From the NCBI GenBank assembly GCA_049323195.1, contig JBMOOW010000120.1:4814-68813 (forward strand): a stretch of DNA of 64,000 nt, in the 5' to 3' direction. Below, one piece after another: positions 55,956 to 64,000 of this stretch. Numbering within the stretch: the first letter of the stretch is position 1; every line of letters begins with the position of its first letter. The translations under genes and the position numbers were made by a program. Below the pieces are notes generated by a model. It saw nothing but the letters and a program-made list of their open reading frames with translations. It had not been told where the DNA came from and did no database searches. Origin of the DNA: Pseudomonadota bacterium. Lineage in GTDB: Bacteria; Pseudomonadota; Gammaproteobacteria; Xanthomonadales; Xanthomonadaceae.

Positions 55956-56751
55956 CCGCGTCCCCGCGCCGCAGCGTGCCGGTGCCGCGCGGGATCAGGT
56001 TCATCCCGAAGACCACGCCCGACAGCCCGCTGCCCGCGGGTGCGCGCCGGTAGGTGGCCAACGTGCGCAGCGGCTCGCCCTCGGGATCGCGTGCCATCGT
56101 CGCCGCATCGATCGTGGTGAACACGCAACGCGTGCACGGCTTGACCGCCTCGAATTCGACCTCCCCGATGCGCACGCGGCGCCAGCCGTCCTCGGCATGC
56201 GGCGCGCAGCCTTCCACCACGAGGTTGGGGCGGAAGCGCGCCATCGGCACCGGGCGCGGCAGCCGCGCATTGAGCGCATCGAGCGCGGCCTGCGAGATCA
56301 CCAGCAGCGGATAGGCGTCGGCGAAGCTCACCACGTCCCCGGGCCTGGCGAAATCCGGGTCGACCGCGCGCTCGGTGGCGTCGTCCATGTGGACCAGGCA
56401 CACCGGCATGCCGAGGTAGCGCGAGAGCCATGCGTCCGCCTCCTCGCCGCAGCGCTGTGCGCCCACCACGTCGCGCCAGATGGCGACGTCCAGGCGCGGC
56501 GCGTCCACCGGCGGCGTGGGCACGTGCAGGCCGGGCATGCCCGGCGCATCCAGGTGCAGGCCGTCACGCGCGGGCCTGGCCCGGATCCCGACCATTGCGC
56601 TGTGCTGGCGCCCGGTGACAAAGCGTGCGTCGGCATCGACGACCAGCCAGCGGCGGTCGCGCGCGGGCCCGCGCGGCGCGATCTCGAGCCTGCCGACATC
56701 GAGCGGCGCGCAGGACTTGAGCGGATGCAGGTGCAGGGAGGCGATGCGCAT
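55939..56751 (-). CDS. MOSC-domain protein (YcbX-like)
   Basis: ATG at 56751; MRIASLHLHPLKSC..., RFRPNLVVEG, CTRCVFTTID. Confidence 0.85.
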   Translation of the reverse strand: MRIASLHLHPLKSCAPLDVGRLEIAPRGPARDRRWLVVDADARFVTGRQHSAMVGIRARPARDGLHLDAPGMPGLHVPTPPVDAPRLDVAIWRDVVGAQRCGEEADAWLSRYLGMPVCLVHMDDATERAVDPDFARPGDVVSFADAYPLLVISQAALDALNARLPRPVPMARFRPNLVVEGCAPHAEDGWRRVRIGEVEFEAVKPCTRCVFTTIDAATMARDPEGEPLRTLATYRRAPAGSGLSGVVFGMNLIPRGTGTLRRGDAVTMLA

Positions 56752-56772
56752 GGGCGGATTGTCGCCCACCCC

Positions 56773-57945
56773 TCAGTGCGCGCGGCCGGGCGGCGCCATG
56801 CGCACGGCTTCCCCCGCCTCCGCGCCCGGGGAGGCCGTTTCCGCCGCGTCGGCGCGCTCGCGACGACCCGCAGCCTCGGCACGCACGTCGGTCGCATCCA
56901 CCGCCGCCACGCCGCGCACGATGTCCGCACGCATGCGCGGCAGCGCCTCGGGATGGCGCGCGAGCAGGAAGTCGATCATCCGCTCGCGCACCGCGCAGCG
57001 CAGGTCGAACAGGTCGCCGGAATTGCGCGCGCTGACCAGCATGCGCAGCTGGATGGTGGCGTGGTCGGCCTCGACGATCTGCGCCACGCAGACCCGCCCG
57101 TCCCAGCGCCCATCGGTCTCGCAGATGCGCGAAAGCTCCGCGCGCACGGCGTCCATCGGGGTGCGGTAGTCCAGCCACAGGTGCGCCGCGCCCAGCAGCT
57201 CGGCGTTGCAGCGCGTCCAGTTCTGGAAGGGGTGCTCGATGAACCACTGCAGCGGCACGATCAGGCGCCGCTCGTCCCAGATGCGCACGACCACGTAGGC
57301 GCTGGTGATTTCCTCGATGCGACCCCACTCGCCCTCGACGATCACCACGTCGTCGAGGCGGATGGGCTGGCTCAGCGCGATCTGCAGCCCGGCGATGAGG
57401 TTGCCGAACACCGGCTTGGCCGCGATGCCGGCCACGAGCCCGAGCACGCCCGCCGAGGCCAGCAGCGTGGTGCCCAGCTGGCGCACCGCAGGAAAGCCCA
57501 TCAGCACGACGGACACGCCCAGCAGCGCCACGGTGCCCTGCGCGATGCGGCCGAGCACGCGCGTCTGCGTTTGCACGCGGCGCGCGGCCAGGTTGTCGGC
57601 CACGTCCACCGGATGCTCCATCAGGATGCGGCGCTCAATCGCACCGACGGTGCGCACGCCCAGCCAGGTCAGGCAGAGCATGAGCCCGATCCCCGCCGCG
57701 CGCTGCAGCGTCGCCGCCCACGTTTCCGGCAGCGGCACGGCGGCGGAGGCGGCGACCAGCAGCACCAGGGGCAGGGCGATCGACGCCGGCGGCGCGAGGA
57801 CGTGCACGATGCGCGCGGCCAGGCGGTCGCGGCGCTGGCGCGCGCGGCGCGCTACCGATCGCAGGATGCGGTGGAGGACGTAGCCGGCCGCGAGGGCCGC
57901 GAGCAGTACGCCCGCGGCGGGCGCGTACGTTTCCCAGTCGGGCAC
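56773..57945 (-). CDS. mechanosensitive ion channel (MscS family)
   Basis: 390 aa; LGLVAGIAAKPVFGNLIAGLQIALSQPIRLDDVVIVEGEWGRIEEI. Confidence 0.88.
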   Translation of the reverse strand: MPDWETYAPAAGVLLAALAAGYVLHRILRSVARRARQRRDRLAARIVHVLAPPASIALPLVLLVAASAAVPLPETWAATLQRAAGIGLMLCLTWLGVRTVGAIERRILMEHPVDVADNLAARRVQTQTRVLGRIAQGTVALLGVSVVLMGFPAVRQLGTTLLASAGVLGLVAGIAAKPVFGNLIAGLQIALSQPIRLDDVVIVEGEWGRIEEITSAYVVVRIWDERRLIVPLQWFIEHPFQNWTRCNAELLGAAHLWLDYRTPMDAVRAELSRICETDGRWDGRVCVAQIVEADHATIQLRMLVSARNSGDLFDLRCAVRERMIDFLLARHPEALPRMRADIVRGVAAVDATDVRAEAAGRRERADAAETASPGAEAGEAVRMAPPGRAH

Positions 57946-58008
57946 GGAACCTCTCCGGAACGGCAGGCCATGCTCGCGCGGTGGCCGTAAACGCCGCGTG
58001 GGGCCGGG

Positions 58009-59277
58009 TCAGCCGGTGGGCCCGCGCTGCGCCAGCTTCTCGCGCTGCATGCGCTCGAGTTCCATCTGCTCGCGCTTTTCCTGCTGGCGTCGAAGCTCCT
58101 CGCGACGCATCGCCTCCACCTCCTCGGGCGAGGGCGCGGCATCGAGCGTGAGCGTCGTGCCCGTGGCGCCCGTGGGCTCCCCGCGCCGGCTCTTGAGCTT
58201 GATCGCCAGGCGCAGCTCGTTGGCCGAGTCGGCGTTGCGGATGGCCTCGTCGTAGGAAATCGTGCCGTCGTTGTAGAGCTCGAAGAGGGCCCAGTCGAAG
58301 GTGCGCATGCCCAGCTCGCGCGACTTGGCCATGATGCCCTTGAGCTCGTTGAACTCGCCCTTGAAGATCTTCTCGGCGATGGTCGGCGTGTTGATGAGGA
58401 TCTCGATCGCCGCCGCGCGGCCGCGGCCGTCCTCGGTGCGCACCAGCCGCTGCGAGACGATCGCGCGCAGGTTGGCCGACAGGTCCATCAGCAATTGCGT
58501 GCGGCGCTCTTCCGGGAAGAAGTTGATGATGCGCTCCATCGTCTGCGAAGCGCTGTTGGCGTGCAGCGTGGACAGGCACAGGTGCCCGGTTTCGGCGAAG
58601 GCGATGGCGTGCTCCATCGTCTCGGCATCGCGGATCTCGCCGATGAGGATCACATCGGGCGCCTGGCGCAGGGTGTTCTTCAGCGCGTGGTGCCAGCTGT
58701 GCGTGTCCACGCCAACCTCGCGGTGCGTGACCAGCGATTTCTGCGAGGCGTGCGCGTACTCGACCGGGTCTTCCACCGTGATGATGTGCCCGGCGCTGGT
58801 GCGGTTGCGGTGGTCCAGCATCGCGGCCAGCGAGGTCGACTTGCCCGAGCCGGTACCGCCCACGACCAGGATCAGCCCGCGCTTGGCCATCACCAGGTCC
58901 TTGAGCACCTCAGGCAGCCTGAGCGTCTCGAAGTTCGGGATCTCCGCGGCGATCGTGCGCAGCACCATGCCCACGTGCCCCTGCTGCACGAACACGTTGA
59001 CGCGAAAGCGCGAGACGCCCGGCAGCGCGATGGCGAAGTTGCATTCGAGCTCGGCGGCGAACTCCGCGCGCTGCTTCTCGTTCATCAGCGCCTGCGCGAG
59101 CTTCTGCGTGACCGCGCCGGTGAGCCTCGAAGGCCCAAGCGGCGTCATCTGCCCATTGGCCTTCATGCTCGGCGGGAAGTCGTGCGCGATGAACAGGTCG
59201 GAGCCGCCGGCGCGGGCCATCGCCGCCAGCAGCTTGTGCATGTACTCGCGGGCCTGCTCTTCGGTGAGGTTCGACAT
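58009..59277 (-). CDS. pilU: PilT/PilU-family type IVa pilus retraction ATPase (PilU-like) with extended charged C-terminus
   Basis: 422 aa; Walker A GGTGSGKST, IITVEDPVEY, GEIRD, MRTFDWALFELYNDGTISYDEAIRNADSANELRLAIKL. Confidence 0.88.
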   Translation of the reverse strand: MSNLTEEQAREYMHKLLAAMARAGGSDLFIAHDFPPSMKANGQMTPLGPSRLTGAVTQKLAQALMNEKQRAEFAAELECNFAIALPGVSRFRVNVFVQQGHVGMVLRTIAAEIPNFETLRLPEVLKDLVMAKRGLILVVGGTGSGKSTSLAAMLDHRNRTSAGHIITVEDPVEYAHASQKSLVTHREVGVDTHSWHHALKNTLRQAPDVILIGEIRDAETMEHAIAFAETGHLCLSTLHANSASQTMERIINFFPEERRTQLLMDLSANLRAIVSQRLVRTEDGRGRAAAIEILINTPTIAEKIFKGEFNELKGIMAKSRELGMRTFDWALFELYNDGTISYDEAIRNADSANELRLAIKLKSRRGEPTGATGTTLTLDAAPSPEEVEAMRREELRRQQEKREQMELERMQREKLAQRGPTG

Positions 59278-59439
59278 GGACGGGGCGGTCGCGCCGGTGC
59301 GGTATCCCGCCCGTTAACGGCGGTGCGGCCCGGCCTTGAAGCCGCCGCGGGCCGATCCGTGACGGCGGTGCCCGCCTCTCGGCGCGGCGCCGAGGGCCGT
59401 GCCCGCATAGTCGGCCCGGTCCGCGTCGCCCTTCACCCC

Positions 59440-59823
59440 ATGGATCCCGTGCAGTTCAAGCGCCTGGCCGAAAGCCTCAGCCTCGTGATCGACGCCGGCG
59501 GCGCGCTGGTGATCGTGATCGGCCTGGCCTGGGCGCTGCTGCGCTGGGTCACCGCGCGCCGGCGCGCGCCGGCGGTCGATGCCTACCGGCGGCTCCGCCA
59601 GGACGTGGGACGCGGGATCCTGCTCGGCCTGGAGTTCATGGTGGCCGGCGACATCATCCGCACCGTGGCGGTGGAGCCCACGCTCGACAGCGTCACCGTG
59701 CTGGGTGCGATCGTGCTGATCCGCACCTTCCTGAGCATCTCGCTGGAAGTCGAACTCGACGGCCGCTGGCCCTGGCAGCGGGCAGGGGACGATCGCGCCC
59801 CCGGCCCGGCCGGGGAGGCGTAA
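59440..59823 (+). CDS. DUF1622-family membrane protein
   Basis: ATG at 59440; GILLGLEFMVAGDIIRTV...LIRTFLSISLEVE. Confidence 0.72.
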   Translation: MDPVQFKRLAESLSLVIDAGGALVIVIGLAWALLRWVTARRRAPAVDAYRRLRQDVGRGILLGLEFMVAGDIIRTVAVEPTLDSVTVLGAIVLIRTFLSISLEVELDGRWPWQRAGDDRAPGPAGEA

Positions 59824-59830
59824 GCCCGGG

Positions 59831-60091
59831 TCAGCCTTCCGCTTCGCCCGCTTCCGGCAGCAGGGGATAGGGCTCGACCTTGCCCCTGAGCTTGAGCGTC
59901 ATCGGCTGTCCGCGGCGGTCGCGCGCGCGGCCGGCGGCCACGCGGATCCAGCCCTCGCTCACGCAGTACTCCTCGACGTCGCGGCGCTCTGCGCCATTGA
60001 AACGGATGCCGATGCCGCGCTCGAGCAGGGCGGCGTCGTGGTGCGGGCTGCGCGGGTCGGTGGAGAGGCGGTCGGGCAGGGCGTCGGTCAT
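59831..60091 (-). CDS. DUF3297-family protein
   Basis: ATG at 60091; LSTDPRSPHHDAALLERGIGIRFNGAERRDVEEYCVSEGWIRV. Confidence 0.68.
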   Translation of the reverse strand: MTDALPDRLSTDPRSPHHDAALLERGIGIRFNGAERRDVEEYCVSEGWIRVAAGRARDRRGQPMTLKLRGKVEPYPLLPEAGEAEG

Positions 60092-60550
60092 GGCGGGTCG
60101 GCGAGGGCGGCGGTGCCGCGGCGGGCCATTATCGCCGAGCCGGCCATGACCGGCGGCGCGTGCGGCCGCTGCCGGACCGCGCGGCGTCCCGTCCTGCTCG
60201 ACCGGCGGCTGCGTCCGGAAGCCTTGCGCGATGCCGGTGTCTCCGGGTGAGCGCCCGAGTGCGGCGTCGAGAGGCGTCGGTCGCCTGACGGGCCCGGATG
60301 TCGCGCGCGCAGCCGATGCTTGCCGGCAGAGCTGCCGCTTCGGGTGCCGGCGGGCTGAACGGGCGACGGACGGACATTGCATTCGGCTCACGCAAGCTCT
60401 ACGGTAGCTCCGCTGCTCCGGGGGTCACGTGACCTGTGACCCGATGCTGTAGATCGAAGATCCGCTACATCGTTGCTAGATCACTCCTTGTGAACAGCGC
60501 CACCGCCGCCCCGCGCGGCATTACATCCAGTTCGTTCCAAGGAGTTGCAC

Positions 60551-60757
60551 ATGTCCCGTGAATCCGGCACCGTGAAGTGGTTCAACGACGCCAAGGGCTT
60601 CGGCTTCATCAGCCGCGAGAACGGCGAAGACGTCTTCGTCCACTTCCGCGCCATCCAGACCCAGGGCTTCAAGAGCCTCAAGGAAGGCCAGCGCGTCACC
60701 TTCACCGTGACGCAGGGCCAGAAGGGCCTGCAGGCCGAGGCCGTGCAGCCGGAGTAA
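60551..60757 (+). CDS. cspA: cold-shock protein (CspA family)
   Basis: AAGGAG 7 nt upstream of ATG 60551; [15 protein letters not shown] (RNP1), VFVHF (RNP2); long 5' leader. Confidence 0.95.
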   Translation: MSRESGTVKWFNDAKGFGFISRENGEDVFVHFRAIQTQGFKSLKEGQRVTFTVTQGQKGLQAEAVQPE

Positions 60758-60785
60758 TCCTCCGCTGACCGTCCAGGTCGATTCG

Positions 60786-60820
60786 AGAAAGCCCGGCTCC
60801 GGCCGGGCTTTCTTCTTTTC
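60786..60820 (+). terminator. rho-independent terminator of cspA
   Basis: GAAAGCCCGGC-TCCG-GCCGGGCTTTC followed by TTCTTTTCC. Confidence 0.8.
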
Positions 60821-60852
60821 CGGCAGGCGGCGTCCGCGGGGCAGGGCCCGCG

Positions 60853-62991
60853 TCAGGCGCCGGCCGCCTCGCAGCCGGCCCCGGCCTCTGCCTCGCGCAG
60901 CCGGACGGCATTGCCGCCGCCGCGCTTGGCCGCGTACATGCCGTGATCGGCGCGGGCGATGAGGTCCTCGGGCGTGGCGCGCCCGCCCTCGTGCACGACG
61001 ACCCCGATGCTCGCGGAGATCGCCAGTGGCACCCCGCCCAGCAGCAACGGTGCCGCCAGGGCAAGGCGGATCTTCTCGGCCACGCGGCGGGCCTGCTCGG
61101 CCGGCGCGCGCACGTTCTCCAGCACCACCACGAACTCGTCTCCGCCCAGCCGCGCGACGATGTCGGTCTTGCGCACGGTGGCGACCAGCCGGGCGGCGCA
61201 TTCGCGCAGCAGGGCATCGCCGGCCTCGTGGCCATGGCTGTCGTTGACCTGCTTGAAGCGGTCGAGGTCGACGAACATGACGACCACGCCGCCCTGCTGG
61301 CGGCCACTGCGTTCGAGCGTGCGCGGGAGGCGGTCCATCAGCCCGCGGCGGTTGGGCAGGCCGGTGAGCGGGTCCTGCCGGGCCTGGTGCTCGAGCGCGG
61401 CCATCAGCCGCTCGAGTTCGCGCGTGCGGTCGGCGACCTTCGCCTCCAGGTCCTCGCGCGCGGCCTGCAGCGCCTGCTCGGCCTGCTTGCGCGCGTCGAT
61501 GTCCTCGACCACGAGGATGAAGTGCACCGGGCGGCCATCCGCCTCGCGCCGCAGCGACAGCGTCTGCTGCGCCCAGAACGCGCCGCCGCCCGCGCGCAGC
61601 AGGCGGCGTTCGAGACGGCAGCTTTCGACCTCGCCCGCGCGCAGCGCGGCGAGCGCGGCCGCGTCGGCGGCGCGGTCGTCTGGATGGATGGCGTCGAACA
61701 GGCTCCCCTGCGGCGGCAGGGCCCCCTCGCCATGGCCGAGCATCTGCGCGAGCCGGCGGTTGCTGCGCAGCCAGCGGCCGTCGAGGTCGAGGTGCGCCAT
61801 GCCCACCGCGGTCTGCTCGAAGGCGAGCCGGAAACGCTCCTCGCTGTCGGCCAGCGCGGCCGCGGCGGCTTCGCGGGCGGTCACGTCCTGCACCAGCGAC
61901 AGGATGGAGGCGACGTTCCCGCGCGCGTCGTACACGGCGGAATCGAACCATTCGCAGACCAGTTCGCGGCCGTCGCGCGCGCGCACGCGGTGCGTGTGGG
62001 CCTGGCGCGCGACCTCGCGGCGCAGCAGCCGGCCCATCTGGGCCTCGAAGGCGTTCGCGGCATCCGCGTCGAACAGCGGCGCCTGGCGTGGGCGGCGCCC
62101 CTCCACCTCGTCCAGATGCCAGCCGGTGACTTCGGTGGCGCGGTGCGACCAGTAGCTCACGCGCAGCGCGGGATCCCATTCGATGGTGGCCAGCGGCGAG
62201 TTGTCGGCATGCAGCCGCAGGCGGGCGAGGGCGTCGTCGAGTTCGGCGGTGCGCTCGGCGATGCGCGCCTCCAGCTCGTCGCGGTGGCGCATCAGCGCCT
62301 CGCGGGCGCGCAGCTGGCCGGTGACGTCGCGTGCGGTGGCGTAGACGCGGCCGTCGTCGAAGGCCGAGATCGTCCATTCGAACCAGCGCCAGCCACCGAA
62401 GCGCGAGCGCAGGCGCGCCCGCAGCACGTCGGGGGTGGTGGCGCTGGCCCGCAGGGCGGCCGCCAGCCGCCCTCGGTCGTCCTCGTGGGCCAGATCGGGC
62501 AATGCGGTGCCCAGCAGCTGCCCCGTCTCCCAGCCCAGCGACACCGTCCAGGCCGGATTGGCCTCGCGCAGGCGGCCATCGGCATCCAGCAGGGCGACCA
62601 GGTCCGGCGCGAGCGCGAAGAGGCGGTCGCGCTCGGCGCGCGCGCGGGCCAGCGCGTCCGCGCTCTCGCACTGCAGCAGGGCGCAGCGCTCGCCGTCGAG
62701 CTCGAGTGCGAGGACGTCGACGGGCAGGCTGGGGCCGACGCCGTCGCGCCGCGGCAGGGTCAGCGACATCCGCTGCGTGGCGTCGGGCGCGCCCTGCATC
62801 GCCGCGGCAATGCACGGCCAGCCCGCCGTGGCGGCGAAGCCGACGTCGCCATACGGACTGCCCTCGGGCAGGCCCAGCAGCTCCTGGAAGGGCGGATTGG
62901 CACGCAGCAGGCGGCCGTCGGTCGCGACCAGCGCCAGTGCGCCGGTGCCGCCCGCGAACAGGCGATCGAGCAGCGCGCGGGCGCTGCTCAT
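60853..62991 (-). CDS. multi-PAS diguanylate cyclase
   Basis: 712 aa; PAS/PAC modules, DPLTGLPNRRG, RLGGDEFVVVL. Confidence 0.88.
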   Translation of the reverse strand: MSSARALLDRLFAGGTGALALVATDGRLLRANPPFQELLGLPEGSPYGDVGFAATAGWPCIAAAMQGAPDATQRMSLTLPRRDGVGPSLPVDVLALELDGERCALLQCESADALARARAERDRLFALAPDLVALLDADGRLREANPAWTVSLGWETGQLLGTALPDLAHEDDRGRLAAALRASATTPDVLRARLRSRFGGWRWFEWTISAFDDGRVYATARDVTGQLRAREALMRHRDELEARIAERTAELDDALARLRLHADNSPLATIEWDPALRVSYWSHRATEVTGWHLDEVEGRRPRQAPLFDADAANAFEAQMGRLLRREVARQAHTHRVRARDGRELVCEWFDSAVYDARGNVASILSLVQDVTAREAAAAALADSEERFRLAFEQTAVGMAHLDLDGRWLRSNRRLAQMLGHGEGALPPQGSLFDAIHPDDRAADAAALAALRAGEVESCRLERRLLRAGGGAFWAQQTLSLRREADGRPVHFILVVEDIDARKQAEQALQAAREDLEAKVADRTRELERLMAALEHQARQDPLTGLPNRRGLMDRLPRTLERSGRQQGGVVVMFVDLDRFKQVNDSHGHEAGDALLRECAARLVATVRKTDIVARLGGDEFVVVLENVRAPAEQARRVAEKIRLALAAPLLLGGVPLAISASIGVVVHEGGRATPEDLIARADHGMYAAKRGGGNAVRLREAEAGAGCEAAGA

Positions 62992-63121
62992 CGGCGACGG
63001 TCGCCCCAGCCGGAGCCGCCGGCGGGGCGCGATGGGGTGGCAGCGGGGCGGGTGGGCGGCATGACCGGGCGCGATGGGGCGGGAAATCGCGCCCGCAGGG
63101 TGGCCTCACCGCCGCTGGAGA

Positions 63122-63790
63122 TCAAGCCAGGGCGTCGTCGAGGTCCACTTCCAGGTTGAGCAGGCGGTCGACCAGCCCGGTGACGTGCCGCAGCTGGCGG
63201 TCGACGGCCGCGGCCGGCCCGCAGGCCGCGGGGTCGGCCCGGGCGACGAGATCCTGCGCACTGCGACGCAGCGGGTCGAGGCCGGCCCGGATGTCGCAGG
63301 CCAGGGCCACCCGCAGCTCCTCGCGCTGGCGAAGGCGCTCGGCCTCGGCATGGCTGGCGTTGTGGCGGTCGGTCACGTCGACGAACAGGCCCAGCGCGCC
63401 GGTGAGCGCGCGCGCCTCGTCGAGCATCGGGCTGGCATAGGCCACCACGATGCGACGGCTGCCGTCGGGGCGCTCGATCTGCAGGTGTCGGCCGTGCACG
63501 GGCGCGCCCGTGGCCAGCGCCCGCGCGACCGGCAACTGCCCCGGGGGCAGCGCTTCACCGTCCAGCGCATGGACGCGCCAGGCCCCGCAGTAGGTGGGAA
63601 CGTCCGGGCCCGACAGCGGCGGGCGCCGGCCCCACAGCACCGCGGCCTGGGGCGAGTAATAGGCGAGGCGCCCGTCGGTGCGGAACACGCTGGCGGCGGC
63701 GGGCAGCAGGTCGAGGATGCGGCAGTAGGCGTCGAGCGCCGGCTGCTGCGACTCCTCCGGCTCCTGCATCGACATACGACCTCCGACCAC
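63122..63790 (-). CDS. PAS-domain protein with short coiled C-terminus
   Basis: 222-aa ORF (likely start a few codons in, MSMQEPE); PAS-like core; 130 bp upstream of the diguanylate cyclase. Confidence 0.6.
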   Translation of the reverse strand: MVGGRMSMQEPEESQQPALDAYCRILDLLPAAASVFRTDGRLAYYSPQAAVLWGRRPPLSGPDVPTYCGAWRVHALDGEALPPGQLPVARALATGAPVHGRHLQIERPDGSRRIVVAYASPMLDEARALTGALGLFVDVTDRHNASHAEAERLRQREELRVALACDIRAGLDPLRRSAQDLVARADPAACGPAAAVDRQLRHVTGLVDRLLNLEVDLDDALA

Positions 63791-63855
63791 CTCCCGCGAC
63801 AGGGGCGCGAGGATTTGGCCGCGTCCGTGAAGCAGGTGTCAAAAAGCGCGGGCGT

Positions 63856-64000
63856 TCAGCGTGTTGGCCTACCTGACTCGCCGCCATCCCGATCGGCGGC
63901 AGGCGCCGCGGGGCCTGCCGCGGGATGCCAGGGCTCCAGCTCGTGCCGGTCGAGGTGGCGCAGGGCCACCACGCGGTCGAGGAAGACGTCGATCCAGCCG
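63856..64000 (-). CDS. 3' end of an unidentified gene running off the window
   Basis: Open frame ...GWIDVFLDRVVALRHLDRHELEPWHP... ending at TGA 63856-63858, almost all third positions G/C; too short for the ORF track. Confidence 0.35.
   Translation of the reverse strand, partial: GWIDVFLDRVVALRHLDRHELEPWHPAAGPAAPAADRDGGESGRPTR

Noticed and set aside
60521-63109. 862-aa minus-strand ORF
   Set aside because: It overlaps cspA antisense and is out of frame with the PAS-GGDEF gene (60853..62991 frame has the GGDEF/PAS motifs). Arg/Pro-rich.

Overview
This is a chromosomal segment of about 70% GC. The protein signatures (CspA sequence type, an XVIPCD-type T4SS effector, acnD/prpF) suggest a Xanthomonadales/Lysobacteraceae-like genome; that placement is inference. 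All calls come from reading the ORF translations and the DNA by eye, with no searches run. I can support about 60 coding regions.

Main content, in order:
- A peptide-exporter ABC fragment, then a divergent XRE/Ner-like switch next to a complete IS21-family element (istA/istB).
- A four-gene operon of secreted proteins and lipoproteins (LPP20/CsgG-like).
- Five c-di-GMP turnover proteins, a PAS-MCP and a hybrid histidine kinase.
- Housekeeping genes: dsbA-like, yaiL-like, yaeQ, a CoA-transferase, acpH, pilU, cspA, MscS, an MFS transporter, an L,D-transpeptidase and an SLT.
- Two gene remnants (an S8 peptidase fragment and a DUF885 tail) and a 66-bp REP-like tandem repeat.

Most interesting locus: an ~8-kb block lies between acnD and prpF. 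It carries parD-parE, a Mod-like methyltransferase, MNT-HepT, a Res-like helicase/nuclease and an unknown protein as one translationally coupled operon. The methyltransferase catalytic core is a low-GC patch. Imperfect direct repeats sit at both borders.

Second: an immunity-lipoprotein/effector pair. The effector combines an M23 peptidase, a peptidoglycan-binding domain and an XVIPCD-like tail, which is typical of bacteria-killing Xanthomonadales T4SS substrates.

Many long Arg/Ala/Pro-rich ORFs in the track are antisense shadow frames and were rejected.
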